This document shows positions 29,477-38,627 of a stretch of 64,000 nucleotides of DNA, piece by piece. The notes below the pieces were generated by a model, which saw only the letters and a program-made list of their open reading frames with translations, was not told the origin of the DNA and did not search any database. Position 1 is the first letter of the stretch, and every line of letters starts with the position of its first letter. The translations under genes and the position numbers were made by a program. The DNA is taken from contig CAZRFU010000014.1 of the NCBI GenBank assembly GCA_964599475.1, positions 9,121 through 73,120 of the forward strand, given 5' to 3'. This stretch comes from an uncultured Thermoanaerobaculia bacterium. Its GTDB lineage: Bacteria > Acidobacteriota > Thermoanaerobaculia > Multivoradales > CAZRFU01.

Positions 29477-31104
29477 CGTTCGGCCTCGACCTGCAGTCGC
29501 GGCAGCTGGCCGGCCTCCCAGCGTCGACGCGCTTCGGCACGCCGCAGCTTGCCGGACGTTGTCCGCGGCAACCCACCAACCTCGAGCAGGACCACCGCTG
29601 CCGGTCGGATCCCCGCAGCGCTCAGCACTGCCGCCTCGATGACCCCGAACGTCGGCCGATCTGTGCCGGCCTCGATCGCGACGACCACCCGCTCGGCGCC
29701 GCCATCCGCGTGAGCACCGAAGGCAGCCACCCGATGGCGATCCAGCCCTGCGGCGGTAGCGACGGCGGCCTCGACCGTCGCGGGATCGAGGTTGCGCCCG
29801 TTGATGATCAAGATGTCCTTGTCCCGACCGACCAGGTGCAGCTCGCCGTGCGCGAGGAAGCCCAGGTCTCCGGTGTCGAGCCAGCCATCGACCAATGTCG
29901 CGGCGGTCGCGGCGGGTGCCCCTTCGTAACCCGACATCACGGCGGGGCCGGCCACCCACACACGGCCTTCTCGCCCCGGCTCGACGGCCACTCCGGCCGC
30001 ATCGCGGATTTCGATGGCGACTCCGGGAACCGGAGTGCCAAGGCACACGGCCTCTCCCGCGGCCTGGCTGCTGGTCGTTCCCGGGCGCGGGCAGGTCCGG
30101 GGTCCGGCCCGACGCGGCGAAAAGCTCACCGCCAGGGTCGCCTCGGCCAGACCATAAACCGGCATCATCGCCTCGGCATCGAAGCCCCAGCGGGCAAAAC
30201 GACGGACGAAGTCGCGGGCCGCCGCGACGTCGATCGGCTCCGCACCGTTGAGGGCAAAGCGCCACGAGGAAAGGTCTACACCTTCGAGCTCGTGATCGCG
30301 AATGACCCGGCATGCGTGGGCGTAACCGAAGCTCGGAGCCGCAGAAATCGCTGCTCGATAGCGGGAGATGGCACGCAGCCACAGGGCCGGGCGGGCGAGG
30401 AAGTGCTCCGGCTCGAGCAGGGTTACGGTTCCAGGACGCTCGAGGGCGGTCATCAGCGCACCCACCAAACCCATGTCGTGGAACATCGGCAACCAGCTGA
30501 CGCCACACGGGCTCGGATGGTTTGGCTGCGGCGGCCAGAAGCCATTGAGCATCCGGGCTTGGGCCACCAGGGCTCGGTGGGGCAACACCACACCTTTGGG
30601 AGCCGCAGTTGATCCCGATGAGAACTGGATCAGCGCCGGACTCTCCGGATCCGGAGCGGATCCAGGTAGGCCATCGGAGCCGGCGGCTTCGAGCTCCTCG
30701 ACCGCCAGTACCGGCAGGGGCGCCACCAGTGCTGCCAGGCGCCGACCCCGGCGGGGCTCACACACCACCACCCTGGCCTGCGCCACCTCGAGACTGCGCC
30801 GCAGAGCCTGCATCTGCTCGTCGATCGCGCCGAGCCTGTGGGGCGCGGCCACGGTCACCGGGACCGCCCCGGCGAGCATCACACCGAAGAAGGCGGCCGG
30901 AAACCACGGTTCGCTGCGCGCCACGACGCCGATGCGCGTTTGCGCCGTCACACCGAGGTGCCCCAAGCCTAGGGCCACCCGGCGCGCGCGGGCGACCACG
31001 TCCTGCCAGCTGCACCAGGTCGCGTCCTCGCTGCGGTCGACGAAGCGGATGCCGACCTCGGCCGCACCGGCCGCACGGTCGAGCAGGTCGACCACCGTGC
31101 TCAC
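29473..31104 (-). CDS. Fatty acyl-AMP ligase / AMP-dependent synthetase (FAAL-like)
   Basis: AMP-binding core FSSGSTAAPKGVVLPH, adenylation-domain motifs (YGLAEAT, GWLDTGDLG) and a C-terminal RTTSGKLRR. Confidence 0.85.
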   Translation of the reverse strand: MSTVVDLLDRAAGAAEVGIRFVDRSEDATWCSWQDVVARARRVALGLGHLGVTAQTRIGVVARSEPWFPAAFFGVMLAGAVPVTVAAPHRLGAIDEQMQALRRSLEVAQARVVVCEPRRGRRLAALVAPLPVLAVEELEAAGSDGLPGSAPDPESPALIQFSSGSTAAPKGVVLPHRALVAQARMLNGFWPPQPNHPSPCGVSWLPMFHDMGLVGALMTALERPGTVTLLEPEHFLARPALWLRAISRYRAAISAAPSFGYAHACRVIRDHELEGVDLSSWRFALNGAEPIDVAAARDFVRRFARWGFDAEAMMPVYGLAEATLAVSFSPRRAGPRTCPRPGTTSSQAAGEAVCLGTPVPGVAIEIRDAAGVAVEPGREGRVWVAGPAVMSGYEGAPAATAATLVDGWLDTGDLGFLAHGELHLVGRDKDILIINGRNLDPATVEAAVATAAGLDRHRVAAFGAHADGGAERVVVAIEAGTDRPTFGVIEAAVLSAAGIRPAAVVLLEVGGLPRTTSGKLRRAEARRRWEAGQLPRLQVEAER

Positions 31105-31340
31105 CGAGCGACCCGCTCCTGGATCACCGCGAGAAGCTCGCCCACGGTGACGATGGCCCCCTCGTCGAGGTCGTCGAGTCGGATCTGGAAGGCGTCTTCG
31201 ATCTCCACGGCCAGCGACAGGCGTTCGATCGAGTCGAGACGCAGGTCCTCCACCAACCGCAGGTGCGGCTCGAGTGGGGGTAGGTCGGCGCGCACGCGGC
31301 GCGCCAACGTCTCGATCTCGGTCATCAGCGCGTCGGTCAT
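31101..31340 (-). CDS. Acyl carrier protein (stand-alone, 79 aa)
   Basis: EDLRLDSIERLSL carries the DSL phosphopantetheine-attachment motif. It is the C-terminal 79 codons of ORF 31101..32090. ATGA overlap with the upstream methyltransferase stop. Confidence 0.8.
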   Translation of the reverse strand: MTDALMTEIETLARRVRADLPPLEPHLRLVEDLRLDSIERLSLAVEIEDAFQIRLDDLDEGAIVTVGELLAVIQERVAR

Positions 31341-31861
31341 GGCGCTGCGAGCCGGCGCATCGCGTCGTCCTCGACCCGCACCCTCACGAGCAGCAGCACT
31401 CCGTTGGCGACGGCGAACAGCACCGCCGTTCGCCAGGCTCCGCCGAGCAGCGGCAAGGCCAACAACTCGACCACCACCGCCAGGTAGTTGGGATGGCGCA
31501 CGAAACGGAAGGGTCCGGTGACGATCCTCCGGCTGCCGGGAACCCACAACACCCTGGTGGTCCAGCGGTCGCCGAGGGTTCGAATCACCCACCACCTGGT
31601 GGCGATCGTCGCAATCAGCGCCGCGGCTGCCGCGACCTGGACCACCGCCGGGACCGTTGGCCGCACCACCAACCCCTCGACGGCACAGGCACCAAGGAAC
31701 GCTGCGTGCAGCACCACCATCACCGGATAGTGTGCCGCACCGACCTCGATCGCGCCGGCGGCTCGCAGTGCAGCGGTGTTGCGGCTGGCCACCCTGAGCT
31801 CGACCAGGCGCAGCGCCACTGCGGCCAGCAGCACTGCCGCATACAGCTGCGGGGTCACCAT
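31337..31861 (-). CDS. ICMT/PEMT-family membrane methyltransferase (SrsB-like)
   Basis: GPFRFVRHPNYLAVVVELLALPLL is the signature of the isoprenylcysteine carboxyl / phospholipid methyltransferase family. Four to five TM helices. Confidence 0.8.
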   Translation of the reverse strand: MVTPQLYAAVLLAAVALRLVELRVASRNTAALRAAGAIEVGAAHYPVMVVLHAAFLGACAVEGLVVRPTVPAVVQVAAAAALIATIATRWWVIRTLGDRWTTRVLWVPGSRRIVTGPFRFVRHPNYLAVVVELLALPLLGGAWRTAVLFAVANGVLLLVRVRVEDDAMRRLAAP

Positions 31862-32913
31862 TCGAGCAGCACCAACTCGGAGCAGAAGCCTGGGCCCATT
31901 GCCAGCACCATGCCGCGACTGGCCGGAGCGGGAGGGTCGGCCAACACCTCCTCCAAGACCAGCAGCACCGAGGTCGACGAGACGTTGCCGACCTCACGCA
32001 GGCTGCGCCAGGTGCGTTCGAGCGCCGCGGCGGGCAGGTCGAGGGCTCGACCCATCGCCTCGAGCACCTTGGGTCCACCCGGGTGGGCAATCCACTCGGT
32101 GATGTCGCTGCGGTGATGGCCGTGGCGCATCAAGAGCCGGTCGACATCGTCGCCGAGGTGGCGTTCGGCCATCTCCGGAACGGCCGCCGACAAGACGATG
32201 GAGAAGCCCCGTTCCGAGATCTTCCAGCCCATGACCCCTTCGGTGTCAGGATACAACGTCGCCTGAGTGTCGACCACCCGCGCTCCTTGGATGCCCTCGC
32301 GCCGCGCCAGCGCCTCGCCGACCACCACCACGGCCGCGGCACCGTCGCCGAAGAGTCCGGTGGCGATGAGATTGGGGATCGACAGATCGTCGCGTTGCAG
32401 GGTCAAGGAGCACAGCTCGACCGACAGCAGCAACGCCGCCTCGTCCGGAAACGCACGAACGTAGTCGGCGGCCCGAGCCAGCCCCGCGGCTCCGGCGACA
32501 CACCCGAGGCCGAACAGGGGCAAGCGCTTGCAGTCTGGTCGAAAGGGCAGTCGGTTCATCACCCGTGCCTCGAGCGAAGGAGCAGCCAGTCCCGTGACAC
32601 TCGTGGAGATCATCAGGCCGACGTGCTCGAGCCCCAGCCCGGCTCGTTCGAGGGCTCGAGGAATCGCCTCGGTGGCGAGCGCCAAGCCGACTTCGAGCCA
32701 AACCTGGTTGGCTTCTCCAAAGCCCTGCAGCTCAGGGTAGCGCTCCAGCGGCAGCGCCAGGCGCCGGCCACCGACGAGGACGTTGCGGTGCAGACGTTCG
32801 AAGCGCTCGGCATTGAAGTGGCGCTGACCCCACACGTCGCGGAATGCGCCGATCAGCGCTTCCTGGTCGTAGGCATGTGGCGGCAGGGCGCTGGCGACCG
32901 CCGCCACTCTCAC
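31855..32913 (-). CDS. Type III polyketide synthase (chalcone/stilbene synthase family); GTG start with upstream GGAGAA SD
   Basis: Catalytic Cys in GCVAGAAGL, His in HPGGPKVLE and Asn in GNVSSTSV, plus FGDGAAAVVV. About 352 aa after trimming the Arg/Gly-rich 5' shadow. Confidence 0.85.
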   Translation of the reverse strand: MRVAAVASALPPHAYDQEALIGAFRDVWGQRHFNAERFERLHRNVLVGGRRLALPLERYPELQGFGEANQVWLEVGLALATEAIPRALERAGLGLEHVGLMISTSVTGLAAPSLEARVMNRLPFRPDCKRLPLFGLGCVAGAAGLARAADYVRAFPDEAALLLSVELCSLTLQRDDLSIPNLIATGLFGDGAAAVVVVGEALARREGIQGARVVDTQATLYPDTEGVMGWKISERGFSIVLSAAVPEMAERHLGDDVDRLLMRHGHHRSDITEWIAHPGGPKVLEAMGRALDLPAAALERTWRSLREVGNVSSTSVLLVLEEVLADPPAPASRGMVLAMGPGFCSELVLLEW

Positions 32914-33290
32914 CTCTGTTCTCCGCGCTCGCGCCGGAACAGCCACGCCAGCACCACCCCGACCAGGAGGTCCAGCAGGAGGCGATCGCGCACCAGCAGG
33001 GTCCAGTCGAGGCGCGGAGCAACTCCGAGTTGCACCAGCGACAGCGTCAGCAGCGGCCATCTCACGACCCACATGACCCCGCCGAGTACCAGGCCATCGA
33101 GCACGATACCGGCGCGGCCGACGGTGAGCCTGGCCACGACCACGAAGGCCAGCGCCTCGAGCAGCCAGGCCTGGAGTGCGATGGTGCGGCTACCCTCGAG
33201 CAGCAGGGTGGGGCGGCCGGCCCACGAGGCGACGAGCTCGCCGGCGGCGAGCAGGGCAAAGGTGATCGCAAGGCCGGCTGAGACCCTCAT
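32910..33290 (-). CDS. Small integral membrane protein (126 aa, about 4 TM), first or second gene of the T3PKS operon
   Basis: Hydrophobic helices MRVSAGLAITFALLAAGELV... from Met68 of ORF 32910..33491. GTGA overlap with the T3PKS start. Confidence 0.5.
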   Translation of the reverse strand: MRVSAGLAITFALLAAGELVASWAGRPTLLLEGSRTIALQAWLLEALAFVVVARLTVGRAGIVLDGLVLGGVMWVVRWPLLTLSLVQLGVAPRLDWTLLVRDRLLLDLLVGVVLAWLFRRERGEQR

Positions 33291-33294
33291 TCGG

Positions 33295-33975
33295 TCATGA
33301 TAGCCCGTGCTGTCCCAGGCGCCGTGCTCTGAGCCAAGGGGGCAGGAAGGTGACGTCCGGCAGGACCGTGAGCGGCTCGGCGGTTGCCAACCGCTCGACC
33401 AACTCGGCACCACTGCTGACGCCCACCGCCCCCACCCCGGCGTTGCGCGCCATTTCGAGATCCCACAACGAATCTCCCACCACGATGGCACGGTGATGCG
33501 GCACGGCGAGCTCGATGAGCAGTTCCTCGACCATCATCGGGTCGGGCTTGCTGCGGGTCTCCTCAGCGGTCCGCGTGGCCTCGAAGTGGGCGCCGAGGCC
33601 CAGGCGCTCGAGATCGCTGGCCAAGCCGCGCTTGCCCTTGGCGGTTGCGACCGCGAGCCGGTAGCCCAAGGCGCGCAACTCCTCCAGCAGCTGCGGTACC
33701 CCGGCAAAACTCGGTGATCCCAGGCCGAAGCGCGAGAACCAATGGTGCCGGTAGCGTTCGATCAGCTCCTGGCGACGATGTGGCTCGAACGTGGGCAGGA
33801 AGCGCCGCACCGTCTCGTCGAGGCCGAGGCCGATGGCGCCCCGAATCGATGCTGTCCCAGGGCTCTCGAGCCCGAGGTCGTCGAGTGCGGCTTCGGTACA
33901 GGCGACGATGGCACCGATCGAATCGATCAGCGTGCCGTCCCAGTCGAAGATGATCAGGTCGTAGGGTCGTTCCAT
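33295..33975 (-). CDS. HAD-superfamily hydrolase (phosphoglycolate phosphatase-like)
   Basis: Motif I DLIIFDWDGTL and motif IV GDSLWDLEMARNAGV. Lies 4 nt upstream of the small membrane protein. Confidence 0.85.
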   Translation of the reverse strand: MERPYDLIIFDWDGTLIDSIGAIVACTEAALDDLGLESPGTASIRGAIGLGLDETVRRFLPTFEPHRRQELIERYRHHWFSRFGLGSPSFAGVPQLLEELRALGYRLAVATAKGKRGLASDLERLGLGAHFEATRTAEETRSKPDPMMVEELLIELAVPHHRAIVVGDSLWDLEMARNAGVGAVGVSSGAELVERLATAEPLTVLPDVTFLPPWLRARRLGQHGLS

Positions 33976-34070
33976 GCTCGCCGAGCCTCCGGGAGCAACG
34001 GGGCCCTCTGGTAGACTGCAGGAGAAGTTTGTCCGATCTGGATCCCTCGCACAACCTGCGGAGACGTTCG

Positions 34071-35177
34071 ATGTCCGAAGAGGTCTTCTCGCGTTTCGCC
34101 GACGAATACGGTCCCGAAAAGGTCGTCTACATCTACGAGCCGCGCTGTGGCCTCAAGGCCATCGTGGTGATCGACAACATCGCCGCCGGGCCGGCCATCG
34201 GCGGCATCCGGATGGCTCCTGACGTTTCGACCGACGAGGTCTTTCGCCTGGCTCGGGCGATGACCTGGAAGAACTCGCTGGCCGGTCTACCCCACGGGGG
34301 CGGCAAGTCGGGCATTCTCGCCAACCCTCTGGCTCCGAACAAGGAGACTCTCATCCGTCAGTTCGCCCGTGCGATCAAGGCGCTCACCGGCTACATCCCC
34401 GGGCCGGACATGGGAACCGACGAAACCGCGATGGGCTGGATCCGCGACGAGATCGGCCGCTCGGTTGGCCTCTCGAAGGTCCTCGGAGGCATTCCTCTCG
34501 ATCAGATCGGCGCCACCGGTTACGGCCTCGCGATCTGCGCCGAGGTCTGCCAGGACTTCGCGAACGTGAAGCTCGATGGAGCAACGGTCGTGGTCCAGGG
34601 CTTCGGCAACGTCGGCTCCCACGCTGCGGCCTACCTGGCCGAGCGCGGCGCCAAGCTCATCGCGGCGAGCGACCTGGACGGCACGATCTACGATCCCGCC
34701 GGTATCGACGTGCAGAAGCTGATCGAGATCAAGCGGGAAACCGGACGGGTCACCGACTACGGCGACGGCAAGAAGTTGCCGATGGAAGCCTTCATCGAGA
34801 TTCCCTGCGACTTCTTCGTCCCGGCCGCGCGTCCCGACGCCATCCACGAGGACAACGTCGCCCATCTCGACTGCAAGGTCATCCTCCAGGGCGCCAACAT
34901 CCCGGTGCGTCCCAAGGCCGAACGGATCCTGCACGATCGCGGCATCCTGTCGGTGCCGGATTTCGTCGCCAACGCGGGCGGGGTCATCTGTGCGTCGGTC
35001 GAGTTCCACGGCGGCACCCAGCGCCAGGCTTTCGAGGCGATCGCCGAGAAGATCTCCGAGAACACCCGCGCCGTACTCGACGCCGCCCGCAGTCATTCGC
35101 AGATGCCGACCGAAGCGGCCCTCGCGCTCGCCAAACAGCGGGTCGCCGAAGCGATGGCGTACCGGCGAGCACACTAG
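34071..35177 (+). CDS. Glu/Leu/Phe/Val dehydrogenase family protein
   Basis: GGGKSG catalytic-lysine region, GFGNVGSHAA NAD(P) Rossmann. Start trimmed to Met15, which has a GGAG RBS. Confidence 0.85.
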   Translation: MSEEVFSRFADEYGPEKVVYIYEPRCGLKAIVVIDNIAAGPAIGGIRMAPDVSTDEVFRLARAMTWKNSLAGLPHGGGKSGILANPLAPNKETLIRQFARAIKALTGYIPGPDMGTDETAMGWIRDEIGRSVGLSKVLGGIPLDQIGATGYGLAICAEVCQDFANVKLDGATVVVQGFGNVGSHAAAYLAERGAKLIAASDLDGTIYDPAGIDVQKLIEIKRETGRVTDYGDGKKLPMEAFIEIPCDFFVPAARPDAIHEDNVAHLDCKVILQGANIPVRPKAERILHDRGILSVPDFVANAGGVICASVEFHGGTQRQAFEAIAEKISENTRAVLDAARSHSQMPTEAALALAKQRVAEAMAYRRAH

Positions 35178-35314
35178 CTCATGCCCGCCTGGGCGGTGCA
35201 CTCCGGCGGTTGAGGGGACCAGGGAGTAGGGAATTGGGATCTCTCTTCCCTCGTCCCCACTCCCGGCCTTCCTGCTGGGGTACTTTCTCCGCGGGCGTTG
35301 GACCAGTCGGAGCG

Positions 35315-36424
35315 TCAGTCCGGTAGGACTTGCTCGAGGTTGCGCACCGCTTCCGTGTACTCGTCGATCAATCGGCGCATCTGCCACCGCTCCGGTACCG
35401 CTTTGTCTCGAATCGGGGCGAAGCTCTGTTCGAGGCCGGCGAGTCGTTCCCGGCAACGGTTCAGTGCTCGGCGTGCCGCCATCTTGAGAGCCGCGTCGAA
35501 AAGACCGAGGTCGTCGGCACGATCGAGCAAGCCGGTGACGAATCCCGCGGTGTCATCCTCGAGGTGATCGACCGCCTCGAGCAAAACCGGATGCACCGCG
35601 GCGTGGAGTGCGGCATCGCTGCAGTGGGGCGCGCGCGGATCATCGGCCGGGCGGCGTGCCGGTCCGCGCCACAGGGAGCACCGATGCATGAGGTCGCGTG
35701 CCGCCTCCGCTCGTTCGCGAACTTCGGCATGGGAGAGGTTGGCCTTGACCTCCTCGAGGCTCGGCGGGCCCGGTGCGGGCTCAGCGGTCCGCTGCGGGGG
35801 ATTGGCCAGGTTGTTGGCCAAAGCCGCCTGCTGTTCGGCTTCGAACTGGGGACCGGCGTATTTCTGGTAGAGGGCGGCGTACTGCTGGACCAGGGCAAAG
35901 CTGGTGTCTTCCCGCATCGCCGCAGCCCACGCCTCGTTGACGCGCTGCCACTGCGCCTCGTCCTTGAGCCCATGCTTCGCAATCACGTCGCGGAGGTTGG
36001 CGCCCGGCAACCGCGTCAGCGCCACCGCAATCTGGGCGTAGGTGTCGAGGGTCACGCCTTCGCGTTGTTCCTGGCGGCGATCGGGAGCATCGCCGTAGTT
36101 GAGCAGCTGGGTGTGCTCGGAATTGATGCGGTGAAAGCGCGCCTCGAGTTGACCGGTCGGGTCGGCCCGGAAACGCTCCCACCAGGCATTCCAGGCGCGG
36201 TCGTAGCGAGAGCGGCTCAGCCCCTTGTCTTCCAACCACTCTTCGAAGGCCTCGTTGCCCTGCTCCTCGCCGTCTCGGGTACGCATCGTCGTTAGTTGGG
36301 CTGTCGCCTCGGCCAGGAGCTCGAGATCGAAACCCTGATACTGCTCGCGGCCGCGTTCGGCCTGGGCAAGCAGGGGCATCTCGAGGCACAGCGCCACCAT
36401 CGCCAGCAAAGCTCGTTTCCGCAT
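35315..36424 (-). CDS. Secreted hypothetical protein (Sec signal peptide)
   Basis: MRKRALLAMVALCLEMPLLAQA signal with an AQA cleavage site and a GGGAGG SD. The upstream 190 codons of ORF 35315..36994 are shadow. Confidence 0.6.
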   Translation of the reverse strand: MRKRALLAMVALCLEMPLLAQAERGREQYQGFDLELLAEATAQLTTMRTRDGEEQGNEAFEEWLEDKGLSRSRYDRAWNAWWERFRADPTGQLEARFHRINSEHTQLLNYGDAPDRRQEQREGVTLDTYAQIAVALTRLPGANLRDVIAKHGLKDEAQWQRVNEAWAAAMREDTSFALVQQYAALYQKYAGPQFEAEQQAALANNLANPPQRTAEPAPGPPSLEEVKANLSHAEVRERAEAARDLMHRCSLWRGPARRPADDPRAPHCSDAALHAAVHPVLLEAVDHLEDDTAGFVTGLLDRADDLGLFDAALKMAARRALNRCRERLAGLEQSFAPIRDKAVPERWQMRRLIDEYTEAVRNLEQVLPD

Positions 36425-36468
36425 GGTCATCCTCCCGGCCCTAGAAGCGCAGTTCCCCGACGAGGGGG

Positions 36469-37017
36469 TCAGCTCGGTTCTTCGCGATGCGGCTTCTTGC
36501 GCGAACCGAGTTGGAGCACCAGGCCGACCAGCAGCAGAGCGGCCGCAACCGCCAACTGCGGCGCCGGATGGAGTGGCAGCTGGGTCGCGACGAGCACGCC
36601 ACCGATCGCGGCGGTGACGAGCGTGGCGGCGAGCGCAAACACCTTGCTCGCGAGCAGCAGCCCGATCACGCCGCCGATTGCCATTGCGACGAATACCGCC
36701 AGGTGTTGGTTGTCGATCCCGAGGACCTGCGCCAGCGAATCGGCCCAACGCAGCGCGATCAGGGCGCCGAGCCCGGCTCCGGCGACCGCGATGGCGAGCC
36801 GTTGCAGGATCACCGCCAGGATCGCCCCGGCCACCCCCATCACCAACGCCACGATCCACTGCGCCTCTTCGACCTGCGGTGCGATCACCGTCGAGGCCCA
36901 GGCTCCGAGCACGAAGCCTGCCGCAGCGACCGCCAACCACACCAGCCGCCGGCCGGCGACGATCAGCAACCCGCCAACAGCAAACGACAGCCACGGTCCC
37001 TCGAGCAGCACGTTCAT
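36469..37017 (-). CDS. Hypothetical membrane protein (about 6 TM)
   Basis: Gly/Ala-rich TM helices throughout. ATGA overlap with the upstream nucleotidyltransferase. Confidence 0.6.
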   Translation of the reverse strand: MNVLLEGPWLSFAVGGLLIVAGRRLVWLAVAAAGFVLGAWASTVIAPQVEEAQWIVALVMGVAGAILAVILQRLAIAVAGAGLGALIALRWADSLAQVLGIDNQHLAVFVAMAIGGVIGLLLASKVFALAATLVTAAIGGVLVATQLPLHPAPQLAVAAALLLVGLVLQLGSRKKPHREEPS

Positions 37018-37985
37018 ACCACCAACCCTCCAGTCACCACGGTGTTGGCCGGCACCCGAGCACCGAATCCGACCACCGCTTCCACTACTCGGGCGCCGGC
37101 TCCGATGCGTGCTCCAGGCAGCACCACACTCGCCCGGACCTCGGCCCCCTCACCAACCTCCACCGTCCCTTCGACGGCGCTGCGAACGACTCGCGCGCTT
37201 GGCGAGACGGTGGCGCCGCCGGCCACGAATCCCTTGGCTCCGAGGCGCCGCACCACCGCGCGACGGTAGCTCTCGGGCGTACCACAGTCGTCCCACCGCC
37301 GGGCGGTCGACGTCGTGACGATCACTTCACCTGCCCGAATCATCGGTCGGTAGAGCTGCCGGATGCTGTCGCTCGGTCCTTGGGGCACCTGTGCGAGGAC
37401 TCCAGGGTCGATCGCATGTGCGCCGGCGAACACGCGACGACGCGTCCAGCCGCCGAGGTCGAGCTCGGGCACCAAACGCAGCCTTCCATCCTCATCGATG
37501 CCAAGCCCGCCGCCCAAGGGCTCCGGGTCGGCGGTCGCCGACAGCAGCAACCCCACCCTGGCTCCGGCGCGTCGCCGCGCTCGAGACAACTGCTCGAGTG
37601 GCCACCGACACAACGAATCGCCGTTGAGCACGAAGATCTCTTCGGCAACCTCGAGCTCGGCGCGGAATGCCGCGAGTGGACCCAAGGTGCCAAGCAGCTC
37701 CGGCTCGTAGCGGTAGCTGAGCTCCATGGCGTTCCAGCTCGACCCGAGAGTCGCCGGGATGGTGTCGGCACAGTGGTGCAGGTTGATGCAGCAGAGCTCG
37801 ACGCCGGCTTGTGCCAGAACGTCGAGGGTGTCGGCGATGATTGGTCGCCCAGCCACCGGCAACAGTGGCTTCGGCACTCGTTCGGTCAGGGGCCGCAGCC
37901 GCAGACCCAGGCCCGCCGCCAGCACCAGCGCCCGACGGCGGGGGCGCTGATCAGCGCGCGGGTCTTCCCTGCTCAGACCACACAT
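37014..37985 (-). CDS. NDP-sugar pyrophosphorylase (nucleotidyltransferase plus left-handed beta-helix)
   Basis: ALVLAAGLGLRLRPLTERVPKPLLPVAG (the G-x-G-x-R-L nucleotide-binding motif) and a C-terminal hexapeptide-like region. Confidence 0.75.
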   Translation of the reverse strand: MCGLSREDPRADQRPRRRALVLAAGLGLRLRPLTERVPKPLLPVAGRPIIADTLDVLAQAGVELCCINLHHCADTIPATLGSSWNAMELSYRYEPELLGTLGPLAAFRAELEVAEEIFVLNGDSLCRWPLEQLSRARRRAGARVGLLLSATADPEPLGGGLGIDEDGRLRLVPELDLGGWTRRRVFAGAHAIDPGVLAQVPQGPSDSIRQLYRPMIRAGEVIVTTSTARRWDDCGTPESYRRAVVRRLGAKGFVAGGATVSPSARVVRSAVEGTVEVGEGAEVRASVVLPGARIGAGARVVEAVVGFGARVPANTVVTGGLVV

Positions 37986-38078
37986 CCCGTTGCGCTCCGA
38001 CGAGTCCCCGGCACCCGGTTGTCGGTACCTTCCTCTCGGTCGCCCGGTCTCGATCACGCCGGGGTGCTCGGCAGGGGC

Positions 38079-38627
38079 TCACAGGAAAACCATGTGTGGC
38101 GGCGCGTTGGTGTGGTCCAGGCGCCAGGCTTCGTACAGCTCGATGTAGCTGCGGCGCTCCGCTTTTTCCGGGTCGAAGCCGCAACGCTTGGCAACCCTCT
38201 CCCCGCCTTCCCCTTCGAACTCGGCAAAGTCGCCGATTGGGGTGTGGTCGAGGGAGATGACGACGCTGCCGAGGCGCCATTCCTCGCGCATCTTCTGGTA
38301 GCGCGTCGCCACCTCGAAGCCGAGGGCCTCGAGCAGGGCCTCCATCTGTTGGGGATCGGCGACGCGGGTCTCGTGCTCGACCCGCAGTTTGGTCTGACCG
38401 TCGAAGGTCGCCGGACCCTTGAAGGTCAAGGTGGCGCCCTTGGCGTCGACCCGCAGCCGCAGCACGCAGCCTCGCTCCTGGAGTGTCCCACCGTCTCGGT
38501 CGAAGATCCAATTGTCCTCGAAGTTGGCGGCAGCCACCCGTTCGGCCTCGAGCTCGAGGAGGCGTTCACGCAGGGGCTCGAGCTCGACCTCGGCGAACTT
38601 GAGCTCGCGTTCGATCGGGGCAGTCAT
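38079..38627 (-). CDS. CYTH-domain protein (class IV adenylate cyclase / triphosphatase fold)
   Basis: ERELKFAEVE N-terminal ExExK motif. 182 aa. ATGA overlap with the upstream peptidase. Confidence 0.75.
   Translation of the reverse strand: MTAPIERELKFAEVELEPLRERLLELEAERVAAANFEDNWIFDRDGGTLQERGCVLRLRVDAKGATLTFKGPATFDGQTKLRVEHETRVADPQQMEALLEALGFEVATRYQKMREEWRLGSVVISLDHTPIGDFAEFEGEGGERVAKRCGFDPEKAERRSYIELYEAWRLDHTNAPPHMVFL

Noticed and set aside
26443-30612. ORFs 26649..28700 (+), 28457..29713 (+), 29443..30612 (+) and the 5' extensions of 26385..29579 and 28385..30508
   Set aside because: Antisense to, or upstream shadow extensions of, the MMPL, GGR-family and FAAL genes. Compositionally Arg/Gly/Pro rich with no motifs.
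35178-35314. GGGAGTAGGGA...TCCCTCGTCCCCACTCCC inverted-repeat-rich spacer between the convergent gdh-like and secreted-protein genes
   Set aside because: Probably a simple bidirectional terminator region. The stems are imperfect and I could not define a unique structure by eye.
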